From Phoronis australis (lineage: Eukaryota; Animalia; Phoronida), in assembly GCA_002633005.1 (NCBI GenBank), contig NMRA01000054.1, forward strand, positions 745,674 through 809,673: a DNA stretch of 64,000 nt. The letters run 5' to 3'. Under the pieces are notes generated by a model. The model saw only the letters and a list, made by a program, of their open reading frames with translations. It had not been told where the DNA came from and searched no databases. Shown here piece after piece: positions 12,612 through 23,744 of this stretch; position 1 is the stretch's first letter; every line of letters begins with the position of its first letter. A program made the translations under genes and the position numbers.

Positions 12612-12858
12612 GCCCCGCAAAAGAAACTGACTTAAGTTCATTTTTCACTCAAGTCTAAGATTTTTCTCAAATTCCAAACTTTGAAACTTCCACACCTGCT
12701 AAGATAGCCAAAGTTAAGACAAAACTTAAGTCAAAAACTTAAGTCGAACTTAAGGTCTCTTTTTGAAGTGGTCTTGAGACAAATTTAATTTTTTTCCTAA
12801 AATTGACTGAAAGTTAAGATCTGTCTTAGCTAAGTCAATTTTCTTGCAACGGGCCCCA
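12612..12858. mobile_element. MITE family B, copy 2
   Basis: Same AAACTGACTTAAGTTC...CTTAGCTAAGTCA..GCAACGGGCCCC structure; sits ~30 bp upstream of an ALP acceptor. Confidence 0.72.
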
Positions 12859-12889
12859 GTACTATAATGCGTTCGTGTACAATTTGTAG

Positions 12890-13081
12890 GTGGGCGAATA
12901 GACCACGGCCATCATGATGGAGTGGCGCTTAGAGCTCTCACAGAAGGAGTAGAATTTGCCGACACCGTCGAGCGAGTAATGCAAATGGTGGATACGAAAG
13001 ACACGTTGGTCGTTGTGACTGCTGACCATTCTCACATGTTTAACATTGGAAGTTACCCAATGAGAGGAAATCCGATTTTAG
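12890..13081 (+). CDS. ALPL: Alkaline phosphatase exon with Zn-ligand motifs
   Basis: tag|GGRIDHGHHDG...TLVVVTADHSHMFNIGSYPMRGNPIL|gtcag; the IDHGHH and ADHSH metal-binding motifs are intact. Confidence 0.96.
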
Positions 13082-13596
13082 GTCAGTGCTATATATGTTA
13101 CACAAGTAACACTGACAGAGATAGGGTACCGTAAGATGGTACCCAACCACCCCTTTTGAAGAAATTAGTCTGGTCCAAAAGCGCCATGCCGACGGCGTGT
13201 TTTGTTTGGTCATGTCGGACGGGGAAGGGGTACCCCTATCCCCTAAATCCATAAATGAGTAGACTAATGGTTTGACACAAAAATGCAAAGGAGTCATTCA
13301 GTACTTCGTTAGCCAACCTGCTTCAATGATAGATTTACAACTTTTGATAACCACGTGAAAGTTTACTTCGGTGAACTTTCTACGAAACCATGCTTCAATG
13401 AACTTTGTTGCATGTGAACGCGATCATCACTTATTCATTAATTAGAAAACCCAGGGAAAATTTTCAGGTTTTGTGCATTAGAATAGAGTCAATGGTGAGA
13501 TATTGGAGCGAAATCACCAAAATTGGCTTCTTCAGAGATAGAACAAATTCATATCATATGGAATAATTTCAAAATCTTGTTTGTTATCCGTTGCAG

Positions 13597-13725
13597 CACT
13601 AGCTAACCCTGCATGGCCGATGATTGCTCTAGACAAGCTACCTTACACCACCCTGGTGTACGGAAATGGCCCCGGCTACAAGATAATAAATGGAACACGA
13701 CAGAATCTAACTGATGTTAATACAA
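13597..13725 (+). CDS. ALPL: Alkaline phosphatase exon
   Basis: cag|ALANPAWPMIALDKLPYTTLVYGNGPGYKIINGTRQNLTDVNT|gtaag (the PYTTLxYGNGPGY motif). Confidence 0.95.
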
Positions 13726-14833
13726 GTAAGCGATTTTACATACAGCGAAACATTTTTCTTTGCAAATGTTGAACTTTGTCTTTCAACAAATGCAAAGGAA
13801 AACTGTTAAATTTTATGATTAGATAACTTATTGAGGAAATGCAAGATTTATAATTAAGGCCTATTCATTCGGCATCAAATTTCGGACCATGTGGAGCACA
13901 CCTATATGACAACAACTTTAAACTACCCGTTTCTCTAACGTTACTAAGCGTGCACTACGTGTTACAAACCATGCTATATTTATTTTCACAGGAACTGATT
14001 GGCTGCTATAGCTACTTTCCTCTGTTATTCACAATTGTATCATCATTGGGGAATTTCTAACATAAGTCCCAAGTGTCCAAAAACATAATTTACTTAGTAT
14101 CTTACATTGCAAATTCAATCAATAATATGTCAAACAATGTTCACATTAAAGCTGCGTCTCGCCTTTTTTAGTTGAATTAGACCTTTTTTGCTCTCATCAA
14201 ACCGGTCTCGTAATAATTCTTACCCTGATAGGATTCTATATTCCGTTCCAACTGAAGTCACGGGCAATGCGTACACGCACCATTTTCGAGTTCGTCAAAA
14301 ACTTCTGAAGTGTTTTCTTCATCGATGTTGGTTTTAACGTTTTTGTTGGTAACAGAAATTGAGCTCCACCGTGGCAAGGCACATTATGAGATTTATGAAA
14401 GTAAAAGACCTAATTCTATTTTCGTCTTTGACCAGATAAACGTATGGCGAAATGGAGTTTTGAGTTTCAATCGAAAACTACACGAAGGTAATTAACTGAA
14501 TTGTTATGACATCCATGTAAACAAACCTCGTCACAGTGTGTAGCCGCGTCCGGCTTCAGGGATTCATAAGACAATACAGCGTGGCCGTTTGCGTAACACA
14601 CTATTCGGTAGAGCATTTTTACAAACTTTCCCAAACGATGCAGTTACAAGCGATGTAACAAGCGAAGAAAAGTGATGCCGACCAAGCTGTTATCTGTACG
14701 AAAGGCAAAGCACAGTCTGAGTATTTGGCAAGCAAGCATAAACAACTAACAAACACCATATACCAGAGTGCTAGAAAGACCCACGACAATGACTCTATAA
14801 TAGAGTCCAAACAAATAATTGCTACACCAACGA

Positions 14834-15199
14834 TGCACCCGTTCCAAACGCCGTAACATCATTCAAGAGTGTATTAAATGCAAGCCGTTATATGCTTGCA
14901 TCTCACTGTAACGTATTACTACAATACATTATACACCGTAACACTCTTCAACGGGTCCTGAGGCCGCCATTTTGTAAATTCGGCGCGAAACACAGATTGC
15001 CGCTAGTCTCAAAGCTGAATACAAGTGAAAATCTTGGCAACACTTGATCCTGGAGCGCACTGTAACACGCATGTAGGACTCGTTGAAGAGTGTTAGGGTG
15101 TATAATGTATTGTAGTAATATATTACAGTGGGCTGCAAGCATGTAACACTTGCATTTAATAGACTCTTGAATAGTGTTACGGCGTTTGGAACGGGTGCA
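14834..15199. mobile_element. Foldback MITE with ~125-bp TIRs
   Basis: TGCACCCGTTCCAAACGCCGTAAC...CTCTTCAACGGGTCCT is the reverse complement of AGGACTCGTTGAAGAG...GTTACGGCGTTTGGAACGGGTGCA. Confidence 0.85.
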
Positions 15200-15457
15200 C
15201 CGATACACAATTACCTGGATCCCGTACTATCTATTCTACATCTGGGAACTATTACCATACACAAACATCTGCCCTACTGCGACCCGTAAATGTTTATCCC
15301 ATGAACTTATTATAGCGCAACATGTACGCCAAACCGGCAAGCAGTTGAATGAAACTTTGAATATACGTTAACAACAAACACACTCTAAACTCAGTTAGTT
15401 AGACACACATGCGAGATACAACATGCTATGCTGAAATACTCAGTAAAAACGTACAAC

Positions 15458-16826
15458 AGAATTGTTCTAAAATCCCCCCGACACCCACACTCCACGACCC
15501 CCTCGACCCACGACCTCCTCGACCCACAACCCTCACGACCCACAGTCCCCTCGACCCACGACCTGCGGCAATAGATGCATCTGCGCTTTTTATACAGAAA
15601 GTGGTGTAAGAACATGATCTGAAATAGCGGATTGTTTGCGTGATATCGTTGTCAGGGAAATTTCCACGAGCAGCTACCAATGACTCTGTTCTACGTTACT
15701 AAGAATGCACATAATTTCACATTTTCATTATATGCTTTCTGTTGTATACTCGTTTATAATAACATTGAGCTACTTTTTAGTTTACAGTTTGTTTTTTCAA
15801 ACTAAAGCGAAAGTCCGCCACGTTGCCCAGTGTAGTGTTGTTTATGAGTTTGTATGCCATATGAACGACTGTCTTCGTTCAAATGTCAAAAAATGTTACA
15901 TTGGTCAACCGATTTGCTGTCTTTCCCTTTGGTTATCTATGAATCTTCAAAATGGCGCCATCCAAGAACATTTTCTGCAATGTCACGAACGCGAAATCAC
16001 CTGTCAAGGAATTGTGAAAAACACGTCAATTCACAACGTAGAGCGCGATGTGCTACGATTGAAAGTATTGAAGTCCCTTTTTATTGCATTCGAGAAGCCA
16101 GTTTTGAATGAGCAGCAAACAGGGTTGCGCCGCACGTTACACTTGTTTACGTGACTTTCCTGTTACCCCTTTCACTTGCCAATAATTCACACCTGCCGTG
16201 TCTCACTGCGTATATCGCCAGCTTCTGCCCTGTGGTTGTAAAACTGCGTCATTTTATTTCCACTTGAGAATAAAACAAGTATATTTCGAATTATGGTGTG
16301 TCTTTAATCAGGCCTCTTAGTCAGTTGCTTTACCAATGTTCTGTTGAGTGTCGAACTTTGTTACGAGGATACAAACGGAATGGAATAAAGATTTTTAATA
16401 ACGACAAGTGTCGAGTATTCAAGCAATTTTGCATATCGGAAAACTGTATTTACTGAAAAAATTACATGTTCATGGGTTCCATGCACTATCCTAAAAATGA
16501 ATATGCCATTCACTGAAGAGCAGACGAGACGATTACACTCTGCCGAGAATGACATTAGTAACGATGGTAGGTCTTTGATTTGATTTGGTCGCGTTGTCTT
16601 TTTTCTGGTTTGGGCTTTCAAACGTGCCGAATAGACTCTGTTAACTGAAAAAAATCAGAGAAGAGTCAAACTCACGGCCAGACTCGATGGTCCTACAAGT
16701 CAGCGCTTGTTCTATGTTCAGATCAAGTCGAGCTTGTGCATACTGGGTTGAGGGGGTTGTGGACCGTGGGTTGAGGGTCGAGGGGGTTGTGGGGTGTGAG
16801 GGTAGAGGGGTATTAGAACAATCCCT
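15458..16826. mobile_element. DNA transposon with minisatellite-like subterminal inverted repeats (CCCTCGACCCACGA units)
   Basis: The left end ATTGTTCTAAAATCCCC..(C-rich repeats 15470-15565) is inverted relative to the G-rich repeats 16745-16826 ending TTAGAACAATCCC. Confidence 0.6.
15800..16154 (+). mobile_element. Penelope-like retroelement 3' fragment (GIY-YIG endonuclease)
   Basis: VVYEFVC...CYIGQ...LS...NGAIQEHF..CH...LKVLKSLFIAFEKPVLNEQ...RTLHLF matches the GIY-YIG domain of Penelope-like elements. Confidence 0.75.
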
Positions 16827-16848
16827 TAGAACAGTGGGGCTGACAGTC

Positions 16849-17120
16849 TATAATATTCGCTACAGGTTCTCGTGCGGCTTACCTTAACTCATTCGTTCGG
16901 AAGTTTTGAACACGACACTTGGAAATGAAGGAGCACCAAACGTAGGCGTCCTGCTCGTAGCAGGACCAGACAAAGAGAGAGAGAGCCAATTCCCATGATG
17001 CCCTAGTCACGTGACAACACTAAAACTCACTACATCCGGCCACTAACAAAAACTAGTGGGCGAACACGAACGTATGAGACAACACGAAAGGCGAGACCAC
17101 ACAAACCTATATTCACAACA
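16849..17120 (-). repeat. 3' LTR
   Basis: Direct repeat of 19825-20088 with substitutions and indels. Confidence 0.88.
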
Positions 17121-17724
17121 TTCCTCCCCTCCCAAAATAGAGGTTATCAAAGACAAGAACGATAAAAACATCAATGGAAAAGTAATCATACCTAACCTTT
17201 ACCCCCTCCTTAATTAAAGAAATGATAGAAAAACTTACCAATGTCTAACATACAAACCCCCTCCTTAATTAAAGAAATGATAGAAACACTGTCCAATGTC
17301 TAACATACAAGTAATGAAAGATTAGTTCTAGGAAAGATACTCTGTAACTAAAACCTATGTGCCCGGATTTACAATTAAAAAAGAACTAAATTCTTCACAA
17401 AAGTACGTGACTGGGGATACCAGAAAAAATAAACTAGTCACAAATTACATATGGTACAAAAAAAAAAAAAATAAAAACAAGTGAAATTTATCTGTTAAAC
17501 GTTATAAACTGTTCTAGAAATAAACTTCTCCAACCAAACAATAAGAAAAAGTAACAAACACAGAACTAACAATTAACAGCAAGGTAGCATAGTAGGTTTT
17601 TCAATTTTTTATAAACATATAGCAGAAGCTGAAGAGACCTACCTGCGAACAAGCATCCCTGGAACAGTCTTCCAATTTTGACTGAAACGAAATAAGAGTT
17701 AAAACTTAATACACTTCTATGCTG

Positions 17725-18275
17725 CTACTCCCCGATATAAAGTCTGTAGAGACGCTGATCGTTCCGAGTGGTCTGCTGGAGGATCTGAGCCACCAGAATG
17801 TCACGATGTTTGGCGACCACTTTAACCACTTCAACAATAAACTGGGAGTAATTAGGTCGCTCACGCAAGGAAAGGTGGGGCGAATCAGTCTCCAAGAGAA
17901 GACGGTCTTCGGGCACCTCCCGTAACGCTTGGACTTGCCAGCGGGTAAAGGTGTTGCAACTACCAGAGAACCCAAAATAGCAGTTCGGGAACTCACGGTG
18001 GAAGTTACTCAATGTCACGGATTTGCCAGTGAACGTATGAAGATGGATCTGCTGTGATCTAGACAGGTGCTTTCGAAGAATGTCGAGAGCAGTGTGGAAG
18101 CCCCATTCAGAATTAGAGCCTGTTGATGCCGCCCCGATGTGAAGAACAACCACCTTGTCGAGTCCAAGGGTGGCGAACTCCAAAATCAGGCCTTCCACAA
18201 AACGGCGTTGATGTTTCTATTTTCCTAAGGCTTGTTCAAATCCAATCTCCCCCAGACCGGCAACTTTAGGTTCTC
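17725..18275 (-). pseudogene. TatD-family DNase (C-terminal two-thirds) carried by the LTR element
   Basis: VAGLGEIGF (GEIGLD motif), VVVLHI, IHLHTFTG, YFGFSG, LLLETDSPHL; one in-frame TAG at ~18217; N-terminal HxH region absent. Confidence 0.88.
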
Positions 18276-18289
18276 ACAAGAGACGGAAC

Positions 18290-19503
18290 AAGGTCGCTTC
18301 GGCGACTGTTTCTGTAACATCGCAAATAACCTGTTAAATTGTTTGGTACTTCCCTACGAGTTTCAAAAAGATCAGACATCAACCCATCCATTTTCTTATG
18401 AAGCGTAGCATTGTCAGTCATATGAAACGAAATCGACGCATCTAAGTCATTGCACCTACCCTCAAGAACATCTAACCGAGACTCTAAAGAGCCACGAGGA
18501 ATGAACTTAAGAGCCGGCTTCTTGGTCAGCAACTTCCTCTTCTTCCATATTCACTTCTCTACAAAAATATACAGATTTTGGTGAATTAGAAGTAGCCATT
18601 AAGTCTTTGGTTGTTGAAAACGACCTAGCGGTATTCAAGGCAGCCATGACTGTATTTGGTCGACTGTTCATAGCCAACTGCGCAATCTCTATCTCGTAGA
18701 CCTAAAGAGAACCGAAGAACCGCCTGAGCTTTGTCATATTCCTCGCCTCTGGAAAGACCAACAAGAATAAACTTGTAAGACATTGTTATAAAGACTCGTC
18801 AGAAGTCTGCTTGGCTGACTGAAACCTAACTTGGTGCACTTCTTTGCACTCAATATGTGCCCCAAAGCGCGATAAGTCATATGATCCACAATTTGATCGA
18901 AACTTGAATGTGGATGAGCTTTGATATGGTTGGAAAACGAACGTGAGGCATCACCCTCTAAGCACATGCCCAGCTCGGTTCTACATTTTTGACCTGACCA
19001 AAATTTGTCTCGGGCAACATTACTGAATTTCCATACAAAATGCTCACATGCACCTAACTTGCCATTAAAGATTAGGTTACGTGGGGCACGTGACAGGTAA
19101 TGAGTGCCAGAGCCAGAGGGCTTAGGTGACATGTTAGGATGCGAAGAAAAATGAGTCTTTGCATAAGCACCGCCACTACCAGTCTTTGACAATGGTGTCA
19201 TTTTAGCTGCCAACTTGGGAAACGAATAGTCAAGGCTAGAGGTAGGTTTTGGTGAAGTTTTCTTACCATATTAGTCGCAAACCTTGACCACTTTTTTCAA
19301 ATCTTCTGGCAGATCGGAGGCGACTGTAAAGTCGATGGACAGTCTTGGTTGGCTTCCAATTGGTATGTATCTTACACACATTCCACGGAGTAACATCTGA
19401 TATTGCTCTGAAGTCCATAATCTGAGCAGCAACATCAATGGTCATACCTGGTATGTCCAACAAAATGGTAGCATCACAAGTGTTTATTTGAACCTTAGAT
19501 GCC
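18290..19503 (-). pseudogene. gag-like ORF with N-terminal ComEA-like helix-hairpin-helix; frameshifted
   Basis: MASKVQINTCDATILLDIPGMTIDVAAQIMDFR (HhH_3 pattern INTAxxxxLxxLPGIxxxxAxxIxxYR); PRNLIFNGK..F..KF...A...W......L..CLEGDA (capsid-like); coiled-coil LESRLDVLEGRCNDLD. Confidence 0.7.
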
Positions 19504-19824
19504 ATAGTATGCTGTGGTATGGTGTCAAAATGGGTGTGGCACTAGAGAAATAATATGTCTGAAAAAAGACTGAATTTGAAAATAATAACACCAAAAATGA
19601 ATATGAATTTATACAAATAGAAATGCTATTACAAGACAAAATAATGAATAAAGATTGGGGGAAAAACGCAACAGCTGAACACGTATGTTCAGCGAGCAAC
19701 CCGCTACGACACGGGTGGTACCGAGTGAAAAGAAAAAGAAATCCGCGAAAGTGATTCAAACTACGCCCCACGCAAATTTCAACCGGTGTAAAGATACGAA
19801 AGCGCACGTAGCGACTACGCTGAA

Positions 19825-20088
19825 TATAGTATTCGCTTCAGGTTCTCGTGCGGCTTACCTTACTCATTCGAAGTCTTGAACACGACACTCGGAAGTGAAA
19901 GAGCACCAAACGCAGACGTCCTGCTCGTAACAGGACTAGACAAGCCGGGAGACAAAAAGCAAGAGCCAATTACCATGATGCCCCAGTGACGTGACAACAC
20001 TAAAACTCACAACATCCGGCCACTAACAAAAACTAACGGACGAGTCACAACAAGAAAGACGATACTACACAAACCTACATTCACAACA
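19825..20088 (-). repeat. 5' LTR
   Basis: Direct repeat of 16849-17120. Confidence 0.88.
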
Positions 20089-20101
20089 AGTCTGTGCTTA
20101 A

Positions 20102-21793
20102 AGTCCTTCTCTCACGCGTTGTTAACCCTTATTACATGGTTAGAAGATGTTATAAGGATCCAAGAAGTACCTACCCCATAACTAATACCCGATCCGTACT
20201 CGAAAAAAGTTTAAATGAACGCGCCACTCACGATTCGCACCCGAAGAAACACCGCCATTTAGAACTTGCCGCGAACCCGGAAGTACAATTCATTCAGGAA
20301 CCCAGGCCGAGAAAACGCCGTCAGTGCGACTAGAGCAGTGCCTGTACTGTTACCAGCCAGCAAACGGGGATATAAAAATCGAGAGCGCGTCTTAATTTTG
20401 ATAAAATCAAACTACGGACAATTTTATGGAACTTGCTGAAGAAATGTGGCTAATAAATTTTGTTTGCCAGACTCGGGACCGCAGCCTGTCGGACCCGGTG
20501 CGGATCGAGACCAGAAACTGGCGAACGGTAAATGCATGCGGTTGCAAGCTGTTTTGTCGAAGTAAAATGGTCAAATGATAAATGCTGCATATATTCAAGG
20601 GTAGTTTCAGACACTTGCATGAAATTACGGGCTGGTTAGTCCAGTGTCACACTGCCGCGGCAGACCTTAGTTAGCCTCAGTCACCAGCTACCAGTGAAGA
20701 CTATAGTCAAAATACAGCTTGTTAGTAGGCCTATACAGCTTTGCGCCAAGACTACCCTTAGGCCTAACTGGTCGCTGGCCACAAACACAAAAANNNNNNN
20801 NNNNNNNNNNNNNNNNNNNNNNNNNNNNNNNNNNNNNNNNNNNNNNNNNNNNNNNNNNNNNNNNNNNNNNNNNNNNNNNNNNNNNNNNNNNNNNNNNNNN
20901 NNNNNNNNNNNNNNNNNNNNNNNNNNNNNNNNNNNNNNNNNNNNNNNNNNNNNNNNNNNNNNNNNNNNNNNNNNNNNNNNNNNNNNNNNNNNNNNNNNNN
21001 NNNNNNNNNNNNNNNNNNNNNNNNNNNNNNNNNNNNNNNNNNNNNNNNNNNNNNNNNNNNNNNNNNNNNNNNNNNNNNNNNNNNNNNNNNNNNNNNNNNN
21101 NNNNNNNNNNNNNNNNNNNNNNNNNNNNNNNNNNNNNNNNNNNNNNNNNNNNNNNNNNNNNNNNNNNNNNNNNNNNNNNNNNNNNNNNNNNNNNNNNNNN
21201 NNNNNNNNNNNNNNNNNNNNNNNNNNNNNNNNNNNNNNNNNNNNNNNNNNNNNNNNNNNNNNNNNNNNNNNNNNNNNNNNNNNNNNNNNNNNNNNNNNNN
21301 NNNNNNNNNNNNNNNNNNNNNNNNNNNNNNAAAAAAATTGGTTCGACCCATATTGGTTCCTAGGTTCGACCCGCCTACGTAAGGAACTAAACACCAATGC
21401 CATTTTAACATACTAAGTACGCGTAACATTCCAAAAAAATCAACGACCAATAACTACAAACTATAAATACACTACATATGAAAACGAATCACGATATATT
21501 ACTAATAAAACAAAATAATGAAGACTGTTCGAGCAAGCCATAGCACATTCAGCTACAAGGAAAAAATGGCGGCGTTCAGGACAAGTTCCTGAACTGATGA
21601 GCCGGAAATGTGGGTACGAAATAACCGATGACAACCGGTAATCATACGCTCAGAGAGAAGGGTCAAATACTGTTAAAAATCGCTTTTGGCAAGAAAGGCG
21701 AAAAGAATATAAAGAAAGGGTGTCGAAAATAATAATTTATGTAGTAAGTATTTTCGGATACTGGAACCACATGGGCAGTTCGAGAGAAGGACT
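20102..21793. mobile_element. Kolobok-type non-autonomous DNA transposon (TTAA TSD), spanning an assembly gap
   Basis: TTAA|AGTCCTTCTCTC ... GAGAGAAGGACT|TTAA. Confidence 0.75.
20794..21330. other. Assembly gap (others at 31943-32876 and 56732-57610)
   Basis: Runs of N. Confidence 1.
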
Positions 21794-22282
21794 TTAATGT
21801 AACAAAATACATGATTCGCTCTACAGATCTTGTCAACGAATGTGGCCAAACTCAAGAAACACTGGCCACCAAATCTGCGTAACAATACAAAGGCACATTC
21901 ATAGCAATAGCCGGCCGGTCAAGCTACTATTCATATGCAAACGCCACATGTAACAAGTGGAATAAACCGGCTAACTGAAAAAGACCAAATCACAGCGGCG
22001 AAAGATATAGTGCCAGCTATCAATGAAATAAACAACGTGATAATTAAAAACAAAATAACACAAGCAAGCAATAACAACAACGATGCATGGCATCAACACA
22101 GGGCTTTGATTGATTTTCTGATCTCGCGTTCATATAACGAACAAAATGAGACACTTGGACACTTGGCTTTTGGTCTAATGTGAGTAGCGACAACCACCTC
22201 TTATATGTCATTTACAAATTTACACACAGAATTGTACTTTATGTTGAATTGATGTTGTGCATATTGTCCACCCAAAACGTAG

Positions 22283-22572
22283 GTGACAAGAACTATCAAC
22301 AGCAAAGCGCATTCCCTTTGGCGGCAGAGACTCATGCTGGTGAAGACGTGGCCATATACGCTACTGGACCAATGGCTCATCTCTTCAGTGGGGTCAAGGA
22401 GCAGTCTTACATTGCGCATGTCATGGCATACGCTTCCTGTGTAGGGGAAAACCAAGACCATTGCATAAACAATGCTGCTCCCATTATTGGTATATCAAAG
22501 AATTTGTGTCTTTTCTTTTTTATGTCAATTACATTTATGTTTCTGAAGTTTCCTGCTATGTACATACACTGA
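22283..22572 (+). CDS. ALPL: Alkaline phosphatase terminal exon with GPI-anchor-type hydrophobic C-terminus
   Basis: tag|[55 protein letters not shown]...[22 protein letters not shown]; ETHxGEDV motif present. Confidence 0.95.
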
Positions 22573-22742
22573 TTCAACTATGACTTAGTGCGATCTGCGG
22601 GTTTCGGCGATTTCGTAGCGTATAGAGCAAGAGATTTTCATTGCTCATAAGCATCCAGGCCTTCTACATAATCTTGTGTTACTATCGCAATATACATAAT
22701 ACTGTGCGTATATTTGTTCGTGAAATCTTTCTGCTCAGCTAA

Positions 22743-23744
22743 AGGAGAATACAACCTAAAAAACAACCTATTTTGTATCAATTTAGATCGAGTAGTTCCA
22801 CTCGATAACGGCATGTTTGGTTGCGTTATCTGACACCTGACGGCAGACGGAGGTGTTGAAATTATCCAATGACGTTATTGGTTTCACACGCAGTCTATTC
22901 AGCAGCTCACAACACGGGTTACTGGTGTAAACTTATTGCTTGAATTCATCGTTTAACACCAATAAATCATCAAACTTTGATGTAAAACCCTTAAAAATAC
23001 AACGACTGAGTTCTTGGTTTATTCATTGCTGGCTTCTCAACATTTGCACTCACGAATAATGCAAAGGCATTACAAATTGTATCTAATGAGACATACTTTT
23101 TTTCAGTTTTATATAAGCATTGGTTAGGATGAGAATAATTCATTTTGAAACAGAACGCAGAATAATAAACGTCTACATGGCAACTTGCCCGGCGCCAGTC
23201 CCGACTTAGTCAAGAGCTCATCCGACGAAGACTTCCACGGGTCGGATCTTTAGGTTTCACAGGCTATCAGTTCGAACCGGGATTAAGAAATACTAGAGAG
23301 CCTCCGTGAACATGCACAGGCAACGGAACGTAAGGCTAGTAAGCCGGAATTCGTCAGAGAAATCACAGTCGACGAAATGCCGACCACAGACACGGAAAAG
23401 TTTCACGTCCTCATACTTGCTATTAACAGCGTAGGCTACGTTTCATTCTTCACTACCGCGAGCGACTTCCTACATGTAAGCGTTTCGGGCTCTCGAGGAA
23501 TTCCTAAAACGATATACCCGCTTTCTTCGCAGCTTCATAGTTCGGACAAGCGGGAACGATGGCACCGCAATATAGCGGCATTCACTCTGCAGACGAACCA
23601 CTGACGTCGCTGCGTCGTTTCTCACCTTCCTCACAGGTCAACACGGCACCTCTCGACAAGGTGAGGTCGACCGTATAAGAAGTGATGTGGATATAGACCG
23701 ATTAAGACGGTAAAAAGACTAATTAAATCGGGTGGCATTCTCCT
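22743..23744 (-). mobile_element. Kolobok-type element with a degenerate THAP domain
   Basis: CTAA|AGGAGAATACAACC ... GGTGGCATTCTCCT|TTAA; minus strand has VPACPNYEAAKKAGISF; homologous to 26145-27010 in inverted orientation. Confidence 0.75.

Larger units (their letters stand above)
16849..20088 (-). mobile_element. Gypsy-type LTR retrotransposon, pol-less, encoding HhH-gag and TatD
   Basis: LTRs at 16849-17120 and 19825-20088 (TGTTGTGAAT... on minus); 4-bp TSD AGTC (16845-16848, 20089-20092); PPT GGGAGGGGAGGAA abutting the 3' LTR; degenerate PBS (CA)GCGTAGTCG. Confidence 0.88.

Noticed and set aside
20681-21450. Long ORFs spanning N-runs (also 31914-33012 and 56606-57818)
   Set aside because: Artefacts of translating assembly gaps
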